The notes under the pieces: generated by a model
Databases searched by the model: none
The model's input: the letters and a program-made list of their open reading frames with translations, nothing else
What the model was told of the DNA's origin: nothing
Assembly: GCA_963767125.1 (NCBI GenBank)
Contig: CAVYDB010000007.1
Span: 78,083-142,082, forward strand
Length of the DNA: 64,000 nucleotides
Direction of reading: 5' to 3'
From: an uncultured Bacteroidota bacterium
Lineage (GTDB): Bacteria; Bacteroidota; Bacteroidia; JABEUT01
In this document: positions 28,128-38,963 of the stretch, piece after piece
Position numbering within the stretch: the first letter of the stretch is position 1
Layout: every line of letters begins with the position of its first letter
Program-made: the position numbers and the translations under genes

Positions 28128-28437
28128 CCCGGATAGCTATCGGCAACCGGCCAATTACCAAACCGTGCCAAAAATTATGATAACCATGCAAAACGGACAA
28201 ACAATAACAGCTTCCCCGCCGGAAAGCTTTCGCAAAAAATGGGAAAGGCTTCCTGCCGATGAATACCTGTATCGCTACCTGCTGGCAAATACTCCTCTTA
28301 CAGCCTGCAATGACGGGCTGCCTGATGAAGAACAAAAGGTGCTGAAATATTTCGGAGTAAAATACTGGGAACCGGGGACTGAAGAGGTGGAATTTCAAGG
28401 AAAAAAGTACAAATCGGTTATACCTTATGAGTTATGA
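28018..28437 (+). CDS. Hypothetical early phage protein (start uncertain, possibly ATG ~28176)
   Basis: The 139-aa track ORF overlaps the previous ORF. The C-terminal part is acidic/aromatic and has no motif. Confidence 0.4.
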   Translation: MINRKKHSSFTMQKLLLPGLMEYLPYVKFLNTCRLTNPDSYRQPANYQTVPKIMITMQNGQTITASPPESFRKKWERLPADEYLYRYLLANTPLTACNDGLPDEEQKVLKYFGVKYWEPGTEEVEFQGKKYKSVIPYEL

Positions 28438-28791
28438 GTTATCTACAAATACTACTTACTATTTACTCAATATGGATCATAACTTATAACTGACAAAATG
28501 AAATACTACGAATTTAATTACACAAACGGCTCTTATCAAATAAATAGCAACCCCGGCTTTAATCCCCTGTGGATAGCAGCAGCGCTGGGTTTATTAATGC
28601 TTCTTATCGCTTTACTATACCATTAATATGATACAATTCTCAACCTGTAAAGGAGCCCTGTTTCACCTTATTCCGTTGCCCTTTGTGGCGATGGGAAAAT
28701 GTGAGGCATGCAATGCAATCGTGTTATTACCCGGCATAAACACAGGTACTGAAATATTTACCATTCAACTACATTTTAAATCAACAAAACC

Positions 28792-29118
28792 ATGAAAAGG
28801 ATAGAAACAAGAAACGAGGTAAAAGCCATAGTAGATATGAACCCCGATGGAATTTCACTTACGCATTTGATGAATAAATTTCAGCGCATTACAACCCGCC
28901 TCCAACTGCGCACTATGCTGGGTGCGCTTTTTACCAACAGCGAAATAAGCAGGGAACGGATTTGCATACACAACCGACGGGTAACAAAATATTTCCCTTT
29001 TAACGGTACCCCGCCTGTGAAAAAAAAGAGAAACAAGGTAAAAGAAAGAAACAGGAAAATGCTGTCTATGAAAGATTTTATGCCGGGCAGAAAATACAGC
29101 CCCTACATAGATTTTTAA
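28792..29118 (+). CDS. Hypothetical basic protein, possible winged-helix DNA binder
   Basis: 108 aa. ISLTHLMNKFQRITTRLQLRTMLGALF followed by the basic tail VKKKRNKVKERNRK. Inference only. Confidence 0.4.
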   Translation: MKRIETRNEVKAIVDMNPDGISLTHLMNKFQRITTRLQLRTMLGALFTNSEISRERICIHNRRVTKYFPFNGTPPVKKKRNKVKERNRKMLSMKDFMPGRKYSPYIDF

Positions 29119-29256
29119 CTCATTACGGAAGCAATAATGGAACCGGTTAAGTTGACAGAAGCTGCAGGCGCGCTGATAATCGTATGGATTATTGTGCTGC
29201 TTTCCTGGGAAGAATTTATAGCGTGGTGGACCAATAGAGATAATGATAATTGAGAT

Positions 29257-29877
29257 ATGGGCAAAGATCCGGCATTCCTGTTTTACACTTCCGATTTCCT
29301 GATGGGAACTATGCTGTTGTCGTTTGAAGACAGGGGGAAATACATCACCCTGCTGTCTTACATGCACCAGTCGGGCAGGGCAACTGAAGAAACAGTAAAG
29401 TCGCTGGTGGGAGATACTTCAGCCAAACTAAAAATAAAATTTAAAATAGATACTAAAGGATTATGGTATAATGAACGGCTGGAGCAAGAGATTGCAAGGC
29501 GTAAAAAATTTTCAACCCGTTGCCGTGGTAATGGAAAATTAGGGGGGAGGCCACCACTTGGAAATCCTAAAATAATTTCACTTGAATCTCAGGGAAATGA
29601 AAAATATCCGTTTGAGAAATTCTGGAAGATGTATGACAAACCTACCGAAAAAATAAGTTGTGCATTAAAGTGGGTAAAGTTAACTGAAAATGAAAAAGAA
29701 CAAATCTTTCAGCGCCTGCCTGCTTATGTAACTGCCACACCCGAAAGGCAGTTCCGGAAGAACCCGCTCACCTATTTAAACCGCAAAGCCTGGATGGATG
29801 AGATATTGCCGGAACCTCATAAACCGGTTAAAAAATCGGCCATTGAAATATTGGTGGAAACAGGAAAGTATGAATAA
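29257..29877 (+). CDS. DUF1376 (YdaU-like) phage replication-associated protein
   Basis: N-terminal PAFLFYTSDFLMGTMLLSFEDRGKYITLLSYMH is the DUF1376 signature. Confidence 0.65.
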   Translation: MGKDPAFLFYTSDFLMGTMLLSFEDRGKYITLLSYMHQSGRATEETVKSLVGDTSAKLKIKFKIDTKGLWYNERLEQEIARRKKFSTRCRGNGKLGGRPPLGNPKIISLESQGNEKYPFEKFWKMYDKPTEKISCALKWVKLTENEKEQIFQRLPAYVTATPERQFRKNPLTYLNRKAWMDEILPEPHKPVKKSAIEILVETGKYE

Positions 29878-30415
29878 CCGCCCAAAAATAGCATCGCTCA
29901 CAGAAAAGGAACTTGGCGCCCTTTTGTCAGCGGCATTTTTCATTATAGGGAAGGATATTCGGTTACCGGCAGATAAATTAAAACTGTTTTTAGGAGAAGT
30001 ATATAAGTACCAGGGAGGGAAATATGTGGATGATTTCAATGAAGCATTTTCAAAATATGCAGCGCTTGAATTACCGAATGCTGAAACCCTGCGCCCGCAG
30101 GTATCGCCATTATTTATTAGCAGCCTGATGAAATTATATGCGAACAGGAATTCCAATAGCAGCCCGGCAAAAAAAACAGTAAAAGATAAACTGCTTGTTT
30201 TGACCCCTGAAAATAAATTTACACTTTTTGTTAAATATATTACCACCGGCAAAAGCCTGCCGGGTAACCCTGACTGGGTAACTATTTACGAATACCTCAC
30301 CGGGATAAATAAACTCCTCCTTCACCCGGAATGGGGCTCTATGGGTTACCACCATAAATGGAAATATGCCATGCAAACGCTTACAGAGTGGGCTTACAGG
30401 AACTATAACCTATGA
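29870..30415 (+). CDS. Hypothetical early phage protein
   Basis: ATG 29870 overlaps the upstream stop (ATGA). The track ORF starts earlier, inside the previous gene. Confidence 0.5.
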   Translation: MNNRPKIASLTEKELGALLSAAFFIIGKDIRLPADKLKLFLGEVYKYQGGKYVDDFNEAFSKYAALELPNAETLRPQVSPLFISSLMKLYANRNSNSSPAKKTVKDKLLVLTPENKFTLFVKYITTGKSLPGNPDWVTIYEYLTGINKLLLHPEWGSMGYHHKWKYAMQTLTEWAYRNYNL

Positions 30416-30434
30416 AAGATGAACAAGAAAACAA

Positions 30435-30698
30435 ATGAACAATATGAAAAAAATAGCGGCAATGCAGGAATACCTTCAACAGCTTTATGAAACGTATGAT
30501 GTGTTTCAAACGGAGTACAGGCACTTACACAAACGTTCAAAAATGCACGATACCGAACCGGTGGCTGAATACTACCTCCGCTGGAGAGACCGTATGCGGG
30601 CGGAAATACGAAGGATTGAAACGTTACTGATTAAGCTCCTGCCCTACCCCTGCAAACCGTGTATCAATACCGGAATAGAGATGAATGATAAGGTATAA
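30435..30698 (+). CDS. Hypothetical early phage protein
   Basis: 87 aa, helical, same orientation. Confidence 0.45.
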   Translation: MNNMKKIAAMQEYLQQLYETYDVFQTEYRHLHKRSKMHDTEPVAEYYLRWRDRMRAEIRRIETLLIKLLPYPCKPCINTGIEMNDKV

Positions 30699-30757
30699 GT
30701 TAATTACAAATTTATCATTCATTATAACTCATAACTTATAGCTCATACCTGAATTTC

Positions 30758-30982
30758 ATGTCTTATAGTTTCCTCAACCGCTACTGCACCATAACAGCAA
30801 ACCTGCCGGAAACAGGCATTACCACCTTTACCGGGTGGATTACCGATGCCGATAAACACGCCTTGCTCATTATGGATGAATACGATAACAACCACCTGGT
30901 AAAAAGAGAGGAACTGGTAGGGGATATTGTGGTGCTGCTGGAGCAGAAGGTGATGAATCTTGAAATAGTGACCCAGTATTAA
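30758..30982 (+). CDS. Hypothetical early phage protein
   Basis: 74 aa, last ORF of the rightward block. Confidence 0.4.
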   Translation: MSYSFLNRYCTITANLPETGITTFTGWITDADKHALLIMDEYDNNHLVKREELVGDIVVLLEQKVMNLEIVTQY

Positions 30983-31172
30983 GAACAATTTCCCTGACAA
31001 AAGTTAAAAAATGGTGTATAGTTTATAAGCATTATATCTTTTTTGCCTGATATTGCATTATATATAAATTATTTCCACTAAAGGTATGATGGTTTCAGAA
31101 CCGAAAATGCAAGATTGGGGTGGTCCCGGAGATATGCCAAGTGTAAGGGCTGCTTAATATTACACCAACAAT

Positions 31173-31204
31173 AAAAAAACCCGCCACTATCTGGCGGGTT
31201 TTTT
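31173..31204. terminator. Bidirectional intrinsic terminator
   Basis: AAAAAAA-CCCGCC-ACTATCT-GGCGGG-TTTTTT. It separates the early block from the convergent T9SS gene. Confidence 0.8.
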
Positions 31205-31225
31205 AGTTTACTTATAGCGTTTAGC

Positions 31226-33313
31226 TTATTTCACCACATCCACCCGTTGAACCAGGGTGCTGCCATTTTGCAAAATCACTTTCAGGATATAAACTCCGGT
31301 AGGGAATTGGCTGGTATTGATAACCGATAATTGTGAATTTTCTGAACCATTGAATTGGTGGGCATAAACTTGCTGGCCGGTAATAGAATATACTTCTATA
31401 GACTGAGCCGCTTTCTGCCCTTGTAATTGAACGGTAAATTCATCGGTGGCAGGATTAGGATATACTGCTATGCGGGCATTATTGGTAATAGTGGGGACAC
31501 CTACCGTGCAACTGCTTACAATAATACTCTGCTGGGCGGTACTGCCACATCCGGCTGAATCGGTATAAGAGTACGTAAAATTATATGTACCTGGTCCGGC
31601 AGCATTTGGGTTAAACACGTTCCCTGTTAAATTTGGGCCACCATACATACCACCGGCAGGAATACCAAAAAGGGTGTCTGCCAATAAGGAATCGCAAGCA
31701 GAATAAATCCCTGCATTCAGAATAACAAGCGGTATAGGCAGCGTGGTAACATACGCTTGCGCTGAATCATAACAGCCATTGGTATCATTTACAAATACAT
31801 AATATCCTATAGTACCTGTATCGGCAGGAACAGTAAGGGTATCTTCGGTTTGTCCATTATAATCCCAGGTATAAGTCAGCGGACCCATTCCGCCGGAAGC
31901 CCCGGCAGTCAATAATACCTCCGTATTAGCACATATTGATGGGTTTGGAGGGGTCAGCGTAATCGTAATAGCAGCAGGTTGGGTAATTACCACCGTACCC
32001 GTACCGGAACATCCTATACCATCGGTAATAGTAACCGTATAAGTTCCGGCAGATACATTGTCAACTTCAGAATTGGTACTGCCCGTTGGCGACCAGGAGT
32101 AAGTATAAGGAGCAAAAGGAGAAACCGGGAATGCTACAATTATACCATCGGTGCCTCCGTTACATTCCGGGTAGTTATATGATACCGCAGTGGCAGAGTC
32201 GCCCACACAGCCCGGGGTGATTTTTCTAATCCTGTTGTTTCCCAGGTCAGATATAAAGAGGTTTCCGTTCGCATCGGGTATCGCATCAAACGCATAATTT
32301 ATTTCAGCAAGATAAGCCGCTCCGCCATCGCCGCTAAATCCGGCAGTGTTATCTCCGGCAATGGCATACATAGTATTATTACTTGCAACTACTTCCCAAA
32401 CTAAGGCATTACCCGGGTCGGAAATAAAAACATTACCGTTAGCATCGGTAGTTACATTGGTAGGGTCCCAAATTTCGGTAGTATCAGGTGTGCCTGAAAA
32501 CCCGTTAAAACCTGGTGTCCGGTTTCCGGCAAATGTGCTGATTACCCCTGCGGCAGTAACCTTACGAACATCATTGCTATTATATTCGGCTATATACATA
32601 TTTCCGGTAGGGTCAATAGCTACACCGGCCGGTTGGTTTAATTCAGCAAGGGTAGCCTGTGCGCCGTCGCCGGAAAAGCCTCCATTATTTGTGCCTGCTC
32701 CAAAACCATTTCCCGCTACTGTTGTTATAACTCCGGTGCCTACGGTTACTTTACGAATTACATGGTTGGTTTGGTCAGCTATATATACGTTCTGCGCATT
32801 ATCAAGGCATATTCCCGTGGGGTCGGCAAATTCAGCCGCCGTAGCTTGTCCGCCATTGCCGGTATATCCTCCAAAACCGTTTCCGGCTATGGTGCTTATT
32901 CTTCCTGTACCCACAGTTATCTTGCGGATAACACCGTTTCCGTTATCAGAGAAATAAACATTCCCCGTCGGGTCAACACGTACACACACCGGGTAGTCTA
33001 TTTCTGCCGCCGTAGCAAGCCCACCATCGCCGGTATAACCGCCAACACCTCGTCCGCCTATCGTGGTTATAAGCCCCGTGGTGCTTACCTTACGGATACG
33101 GTTATTTTGAGAATCGGCTATATATATATTGCCGGTAGCATCTACGGCAACACTGTTGTTTTGGTCCAGGTCGGCAAGCGTAGCCTGTATATTATCTCCA
33201 TTATACCCGGCTGCAGCTCGGCCGGCTACGGTAGATATGATTCCCGATTGGGCATGCAACATGGCAAGGGACGAACCCAGCGCAACGAATGTAAATGCAA
33301 GTAGTTTTTTCAT
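31226..33313 (-). CDS. NHL-repeat + SprB-type repeat protein with T9SS C-terminal sorting domain
   Basis: Signal peptide ...LAMLHAQ. About seven repeats follow of the type TVAG.G..GY.GDGG.AT.AE...P.GV..D..GN.YIAD..N..IRKV. A Cys-rich SprB-like segment (CNGGTDG...YTYSWSPTG...GTYTVTITDGIGCS) comes next. The C-terminus is VYPNPATDEFTV...IEVYSITGQQVY...TGVYILKV. Confidence 0.7.
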   Translation of the reverse strand: MKKLLAFTFVALGSSLAMLHAQSGIISTVAGRAAAGYNGDNIQATLADLDQNNSVAVDATGNIYIADSQNNRIRKVSTTGLITTIGGRGVGGYTGDGGLATAAEIDYPVCVRVDPTGNVYFSDNGNGVIRKITVGTGRISTIAGNGFGGYTGNGGQATAAEFADPTGICLDNAQNVYIADQTNHVIRKVTVGTGVITTVAGNGFGAGTNNGGFSGDGAQATLAELNQPAGVAIDPTGNMYIAEYNSNDVRKVTAAGVISTFAGNRTPGFNGFSGTPDTTEIWDPTNVTTDANGNVFISDPGNALVWEVVASNNTMYAIAGDNTAGFSGDGGAAYLAEINYAFDAIPDANGNLFISDLGNNRIRKITPGCVGDSATAVSYNYPECNGGTDGIIVAFPVSPFAPYTYSWSPTGSTNSEVDNVSAGTYTVTITDGIGCSGTGTVVITQPAAITITLTPPNPSICANTEVLLTAGASGGMGPLTYTWDYNGQTEDTLTVPADTGTIGYYVFVNDTNGCYDSAQAYVTTLPIPLVILNAGIYSACDSLLADTLFGIPAGGMYGGPNLTGNVFNPNAAGPGTYNFTYSYTDSAGCGSTAQQSIIVSSCTVGVPTITNNARIAVYPNPATDEFTVQLQGQKAAQSIEVYSITGQQVYAHQFNGSENSQLSVINTSQFPTGVYILKVILQNGSTLVQRVDVVK

Positions 33314-33745
33314 AGTTTTATAATAAAATAAATTTAGCAGTTTTAATGATTAATTTTTTTTAAGTTTCAAGGTTCTCTGAAAGGCGTTACAAAAATCAAT
33401 ATGCAATATTACAAAAAATATGCTTCTGTGCAACAAAAAGCATAAATTATTAGTAATTTATTAATAACCAGTGACATTTCATCTCCGTTTATCTTGTTTT
33501 CAAGTAGGTTTTATTACCAGGTAGGTTTATAACAAAAGATTCTGAAAGCCCGATAATATAGATTTCTTTCCAGACCTGATGGGGGTATATCTGTACTGGG
33601 TTTTAAGTGAGAACGGCGAATTAGAGGGGAAGGGGGAAGTGGGGGCATATCCTTTTAAGCTTGGCTTTGTTTGTAAGTACAACTTACTTGTTATTAACCC
33701 ACTAAGCACAGCTTAGCGGGTACGGGGGCTTGGGGCATAACCTAC

Positions 33746-35128
33746 CTATTTTATAATTACTATTTTATCTCTTTTCACTATATTATTATCTACCGAAATT
33801 CTGTATAAATAAATGCCCTCACTTAGCGTACTTGCATTAATGTTCATTTTATCACTATTGGCATCCAATGTATATTCCGCCAGTTTTTCTCCTAACATAT
33901 TGTAAATGGTAAATTCCCCGGTTTGTCCCGTCTGCAATTGATACGTTAGGGTGAAGCCTCCGTTATTGGGGTTGGGGAAAACAGACACTTGCCCTTTTTC
34001 CATCTGTAAATTATTAATTCCAAGCGGGGTTCTCCATTGAGCAATATTATTGGCTGGAGTCCCTCCGGCATTAGTGAAAGTGCCGGCTGCAAAAAGTGCA
34101 GCGTTAAAATTATACAAGGAATAAACATACCCATTCATTCCCGAACCGAATGTTCCCCAGGTTGCTCCATTCCAATAGGCGATATTCTTTGCAGGTATGC
34201 CTCCTGCTGTATCAAAAATTCCTCCAACACATACAGCCGAATCATATACACATAAACCGAAAACATAATGATTGAGATGCAAATTATAAGGTATTCCAGT
34301 TCCTAACTGAGCCCAGGTGGTCCCATTCCACATAGCGATATTATTGCCCGGTTGTCCTCCGGCGCTATCAAATTGCCCTCCTACATAAAGAAGATTATTA
34401 AATACTGCCATACTTAAAACAGAGCCGTTTTTACTGATTCCCCCATTTACCGCAGTCCATGTCGTTCCGTTCCACTTTGCAATATTATTCACTGCAATAC
34501 TACCTGCACTATCGAAAGTACCACCCGCATAGAGTTCACCATTATAAGTACATAGAACATCAATGGGGACATAATTATTACGGCTATTACGAATGCCTGT
34601 TCCTACAGATGCCCATGCCGTACCATTCCATTTGGCAATATTGGTAGTATTCATTCCCCCGGCACTATCAAAATAGCCTCCTGCATAAAGTTCCCCGTTG
34701 TATATACATAAGGCATTAATTACAGCATTCGTAGTATATGATATTCCTAAGCCAACCGGCGCCCAAAGTATTCCATTCCACGCAGCAATAGTATAAACAG
34801 GCAAAATTCCTGAACTGTCAAATCGTCCTCCGGCATATAAAAGACCATTATAAACACATAGCGCATTAACCTCATTATTTAACCCTGAATCTAAGACAGA
34901 CCAACTTGTTCCATTCCATTCTGCTATACCATTACATCGTCTCCCGCCTGCATAATTAAAATCTCCTGCGGCATAGAGATTGTTTTGAAATTGAGTTTGT
35001 GCATATACTCCGCCCAAGGCTGACCCCGGAGAATAAGATATGATTCCATGGTTAAGAGAATCCCAATTTTGAGCATTAACGAAAAGGAAACTAAAAACGA
35101 AGCCAGAGAGTATGAGTAGTTTTTTCAT
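33746..35128 (-). CDS. Beta-propeller repeat protein with T9SS C-terminal sorting domain
   Basis: The ATG at 35128 gives signal MKKLLILSGFVFSFLFVNAQ. About 7 repeats follow of NIA.WNGT.W...G.G......V.AL..YNG.LYAGG.FD.AGG. The C-terminus is VFPNPNNGGFTL...FTIYNMLGEKLAEY...EGIYLYRISV. Confidence 0.7.
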   Translation of the reverse strand: MKKLLILSGFVFSFLFVNAQNWDSLNHGIISYSPGSALGGVYAQTQFQNNLYAAGDFNYAGGRRCNGIAEWNGTSWSVLDSGLNNEVNALCVYNGLLYAGGRFDSSGILPVYTIAAWNGILWAPVGLGISYTTNAVINALCIYNGELYAGGYFDSAGGMNTTNIAKWNGTAWASVGTGIRNSRNNYVPIDVLCTYNGELYAGGTFDSAGSIAVNNIAKWNGTTWTAVNGGISKNGSVLSMAVFNNLLYVGGQFDSAGGQPGNNIAMWNGTTWAQLGTGIPYNLHLNHYVFGLCVYDSAVCVGGIFDTAGGIPAKNIAYWNGATWGTFGSGMNGYVYSLYNFNAALFAAGTFTNAGGTPANNIAQWRTPLGINNLQMEKGQVSVFPNPNNGGFTLTYQLQTGQTGEFTIYNMLGEKLAEYTLDANSDKMNINASTLSEGIYLYRISVDNNIVKRDKIVIIK

Positions 35129-35313
35129 AGCATTTAATTTTGACCAAATATGATTATTCAAATCCTTTTTGTCAAGCTACATTTATTAAATGGCGGGTTT
35201 GACTTATTAAACGGTGGGTTTTGGGGGATAAAAAGAGGTTTTATCGCTCTATAATCACCTTCCCTTCCCCGAACCCCGCTCTTTCCTCCCCCCCATGGGG
35301 GAGAGCATATCTT

Positions 35314-36723
35314 TTACTTCTCCACCACCACTTTCCCTTCCCCTTCTAAACTACCGTTCTCACCTGTTACCCTATAAAGATAAACCCCGTTAGGTTGATT
35401 TGTCAGGTTAATCTCATTCAAAGCCCCTTTAGGGGTTTGGGGCTGAAGGGTTTCAGCCAGCACTTTTTCTCCTAATACATTATAAATCTCGACTGACAAC
35501 TGATTACTAATAACTGACGACTGCATGGTGAAAATGCCATTATTTGGATTAGGGTAAATTATCAACCCTGCGCCATCAAAACTTGTGTGATTAATATCAG
35601 TGGCAATCAGCCCGATTACCTTGCGGATTATATTATTACCCCAATCGGCAATGTAGAGGTTTCCGGAAGCATCACAAGCTACGTCGCTAGGGTCTTCCAA
35701 TTCAGCGGCTGTGGCGGGTCCTCCGTCCCCACTGTAACCATATCCGAAAGAAACATTCCCCGCTATAGTGCTTATGATTCCGAAGGTATTTACCATGCGG
35801 ACTACTTGAAGATTAAAATCGGCAATATAAAGGTTTCCAGAACGGTCGAAAGTTACACCATAGGGAGCATATAATTCAGCGCCTGTGGCGGGTCCTCCAT
35901 CCCCGCTATAACCAGCACCGTATCCATTATTCCCTGCTACAGTACTGATGGTTCCGGACGTATTCACCTTACGGATTATATAATTATCATTATCTGCAAT
36001 ATAGAGGTTTCCGGAAGCATCAAAAGTTATTCCTTCAGGATAGTATAATTCAGCGGCTGTGGCGGGTCCTCCGTCACCGCTGTAGCCTGGTCCTAATATA
36101 TAATTACCGGCTACAGTGCTTATGATCCCGGAAGTATTCACCATCCGGATTACGCTATTACCCCAATCAATAATGCAGAGATTGCCGGAGACGTCTAAAG
36201 CTACTCCTGCAGGAGAAGATAAATCAGCGGCTGTGGCGGGTCCTCCGTCACCATTGTAACCACCTATGTGATTACCCGCTACGGTACTTATGGTTCCGGA
36301 CGTATTCACCTTACGGATTATATTATTATTCATATCTGCAATATAGAGGTTATCGGAAGCGTCAAGAGCTACTCCGTAAGGATAATTTAATTCAGCAGCT
36401 GTAGCGGGTCCTCCGTCCCCGCTATAACCGGCTCCATGTGCATGATTACCCGCTACTGTACTTATGATTCCGGAGGTATTCACCTTGCGGATCACTTGAT
36501 TATACATCTCTGCAATGTAGAGGTTGCCGGAAGCATCAAAAGCTACTCCGTTTGGTCCATTTAATTGAGCGGCTGTGGCGGGTCCTCCGTCTCCATAATA
36601 ACCGGCTCCAAACGCATAATTACCTGCAACAGTAGAGATGGTTTGAGCACTGCAAAAAGTGAAAAGTGAAAAGCCAAGAACTAAGAGTGAAAATACAAGT
36701 CTTAAGGTAAGTTTTGTTTTCAT
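35314..36723 (-). CDS. NHL-repeat protein with T9SS C-terminal sorting domain
   Basis: Eight near-regular repeats IISTVAGN...GYSGDGGPATAAEL..P.GV..DASGNLYIAD..N.IIRKVNTSG. The C-terminus is IYPNPNNGIFTM...VEIYNVLGEKV...NGVYLYRVTGENG. Confidence 0.75.
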   Translation of the reverse strand: MKTKLTLRLVFSLLVLGFSLFTFCSAQTISTVAGNYAFGAGYYGDGGPATAAQLNGPNGVAFDASGNLYIAEMYNQVIRKVNTSGIISTVAGNHAHGAGYSGDGGPATAAELNYPYGVALDASDNLYIADMNNNIIRKVNTSGTISTVAGNHIGGYNGDGGPATAADLSSPAGVALDVSGNLCIIDWGNSVIRMVNTSGIISTVAGNYILGPGYSGDGGPATAAELYYPEGITFDASGNLYIADNDNYIIRKVNTSGTISTVAGNNGYGAGYSGDGGPATGAELYAPYGVTFDRSGNLYIADFNLQVVRMVNTFGIISTIAGNVSFGYGYSGDGGPATAAELEDPSDVACDASGNLYIADWGNNIIRKVIGLIATDINHTSFDGAGLIIYPNPNNGIFTMQSSVISNQLSVEIYNVLGEKVLAETLQPQTPKGALNEINLTNQPNGVYLYRVTGENGSLEGEGKVVVEK

Positions 36724-36889
36724 AAAACTTTAATTTGACGGTAAAGATACAATTATTTCTAAGGCATCACTTTCCTGTTTTTGCTAGCCTGTTCTTTACT
36801 ATCCCCCAAGGGGGAGAGCATAACTTTATCTTTCTATTATTATTTTTGCAATTCCGTGTGATTATATTCAGGTTGATTTTTATTTCTGT

Positions 36890-38659
36890 TTATTTCTGAA
36901 TTATCAATTTCCCTTGTCCAACCAATTCGCCATTCTCACTTAAAACCCTGTATAGATATATTCCATTGGGTTGAGAAGAAAGATTTATGTTGAATGTTGA
37001 GTTTTGAAGGTTGGATTGGGGATGCACTTGTTGACCAAATACATTATAAATCTCCACCGTTGACTGATGACTGGCCACTGACGACTGAATACTAAAATTG
37101 CCATTATTCGGATTGGGGAAAACTATTACCCCTATGTCTTCTTTGGGAGGCGAGTGCACCGTTGTGACTACATCTCCACATTCTCCCCATCGGGCTATAA
37201 AAGGAGAAAGATTTTCACTTGGAAAGTTATTATGGTAAGTAAAAGGGGTAACTGTATCACCTCCAAAAGACATTACGGTTGCAGTAGTACTTCCAAAATA
37301 AATATAATTGCCTGAGGTATCAGAGGAAATGGAATTAGTTTGTCCGCCTCCTCCTGATATTATTGAGGAGCATAATGTATTTCCATTTGAATCTAATTTG
37401 AAAACTATAGATGCTTCATCATACATAGAAGTATCGAAAAGACTCACGGTATCGCCTCCAAAAGCAACTTTACAATTATAGTAACCACCACCAACTGAAA
37501 GATAAATATGCTTATAATTATCTATTGAAAGTCCTCCCACAACCCACTCGTTGCTATCCAAAACTTCACAACTTTTTGCCCAAAGAACATTTCCACCCGA
37601 GTCATATTTGGTAAGAAAAAAACTATATTGTGATTGCGGAGAAATATTTTCTGCTATCAGTGTGTCAGTTCCAATTATTACCGAATCTAAATAGTCCCCT
37701 GCAAGATAAATATTTCCTGATGCATCTGATACTAAGGCATTGCCTTCGTTTTGACAATTACTACCTGGTTGGTATGTTTGTTTTGCCCAAATAATTATAC
37801 CATCAGGTGAATATTTTACAAGAAATGCATCATCTGCATTTATTGATAGCAGTTGATAAGCCCCAAACCAAATTGTATCTGAAAACCCCCCTGTAATATA
37901 AGTATATCCTTTGGCATCATTAACTACACCTAATCCGTCTCCCTCATTGTATTCAAAAGAATGACCTGTTCCCGCGCTTGCCCACAGAATATTACCAATA
38001 GAATCATATTTAACAAGAAAAGGGAGAGGAATATGTCTGTTTCCAAACATCAATGTAGAACCAAAAAAGACTGTGTCCGCCGAAAAAATACCTGTTACAA
38101 ATACATCACCTTTAATATCAACTGAAATGGAGTTTGAGGCTACTCCACTTGAATCAAAACTGTTGGTAGTCGGAGAAGTTGCCCAACGTAAATTCCCATC
38201 AGAACTATATTTACCGACCCAATAATCTTCTGTACCGATTGTGATAGGGAAAATAAATGTATAAGAACCAATAATTGCAGTATCGAAATATGCTGCATTA
38301 ATATAAATATTCCCTGCATTATCGAGAGTAATTGTTCCTCCATTACCCCAATTAATATTCCCGTAATTGACAGATTGCCTGACCCATTGTATATCTCCGG
38401 AATTATTATATTTTACTAAAAATGAACTTAATCCATTTTGGTTATGAGGGGGATTTATCAAAATACTATCCAAGAAACTAAGTGTATCATCACTATAATA
38501 ATACCCACTTAAATAACAGTTACCGAGACCATCAGAACCAGCAGATTCACCGAATCCATAACCAATACCACCCTTACCCCATAACCAGCTTTGAGCAAAT
38601 GAAAAATGAAAAGTGAAAAGTGAAAAATAAAATAGCAGGAGTACAATTTTCTTTCTCAT
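36890..38659 (-). CDS. SBBP-type beta-propeller repeat protein with T9SS C-terminal sorting domain
   Basis: Repeats of G..Y.TG.F.D...FG......D.FLVKY...G...WA. The C-terminus is VFPNPNNGNFSI...VEIYNVFGQQV...NGIYLYRVLSENG. Confidence 0.7.
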   Translation of the reverse strand: MRKKIVLLLFYFSLFTFHFSFAQSWLWGKGGIGYGFGESAGSDGLGNCYLSGYYYSDDTLSFLDSILINPPHNQNGLSSFLVKYNNSGDIQWVRQSVNYGNINWGNGGTITLDNAGNIYINAAYFDTAIIGSYTFIFPITIGTEDYWVGKYSSDGNLRWATSPTTNSFDSSGVASNSISVDIKGDVFVTGIFSADTVFFGSTLMFGNRHIPLPFLVKYDSIGNILWASAGTGHSFEYNEGDGLGVVNDAKGYTYITGGFSDTIWFGAYQLLSINADDAFLVKYSPDGIIIWAKQTYQPGSNCQNEGNALVSDASGNIYLAGDYLDSVIIGTDTLIAENISPQSQYSFFLTKYDSGGNVLWAKSCEVLDSNEWVVGGLSIDNYKHIYLSVGGGYYNCKVAFGGDTVSLFDTSMYDEASIVFKLDSNGNTLCSSIISGGGGQTNSISSDTSGNYIYFGSTTATVMSFGGDTVTPFTYHNNFPSENLSPFIARWGECGDVVTTVHSPPKEDIGVIVFPNPNNGNFSIQSSVASHQSTVEIYNVFGQQVHPQSNLQNSTFNINLSSQPNGIYLYRVLSENGELVGQGKLIIQK

Positions 38660-38710
38660 TAATTCTGATTAAGAAATGCGAAGGTACAACATTGCGCTAT
38701 AAGAAACTGT

Positions 38711-38947
38711 TTATTTTATAATTACTATTTTATCTCTTTTCACTATATTATTATTTACTGAAATTCTGTATAAATAAATACCTTGGCTTAAGTTGCTTGC
38801 ATTAATGTTCATTTTATCGCTATTGGCGTCTAATGTATATTCCGCCAGTTTTTCTCCTAACATATTGTAAATGGTAAATTCCCCGGTTTGTCCTTTCAGT
38901 AATTGATACGTCAGGGTGAAGCCCCCGTTATTCGGGTTGGGATATAA
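38711..38947 (-). pseudogene. Orphan T9SS CTD-coding fragment (no signal peptide or body)
   Basis: Own translation: LYPNPNNGGFTLTYQLLKGQTGEFTIYNMLGEKLAEYTLDANSDKMNINASNLSQGIYLYRISVNNNIVKRDKIVIIK*. It is near-identical at nucleotide level to 33746-33985. An in-frame TGA at 38966-38968 cuts off anything upstream. Confidence 0.85.
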
Positions 38948-38963
38948 GTTAAAGCTGAACCAA

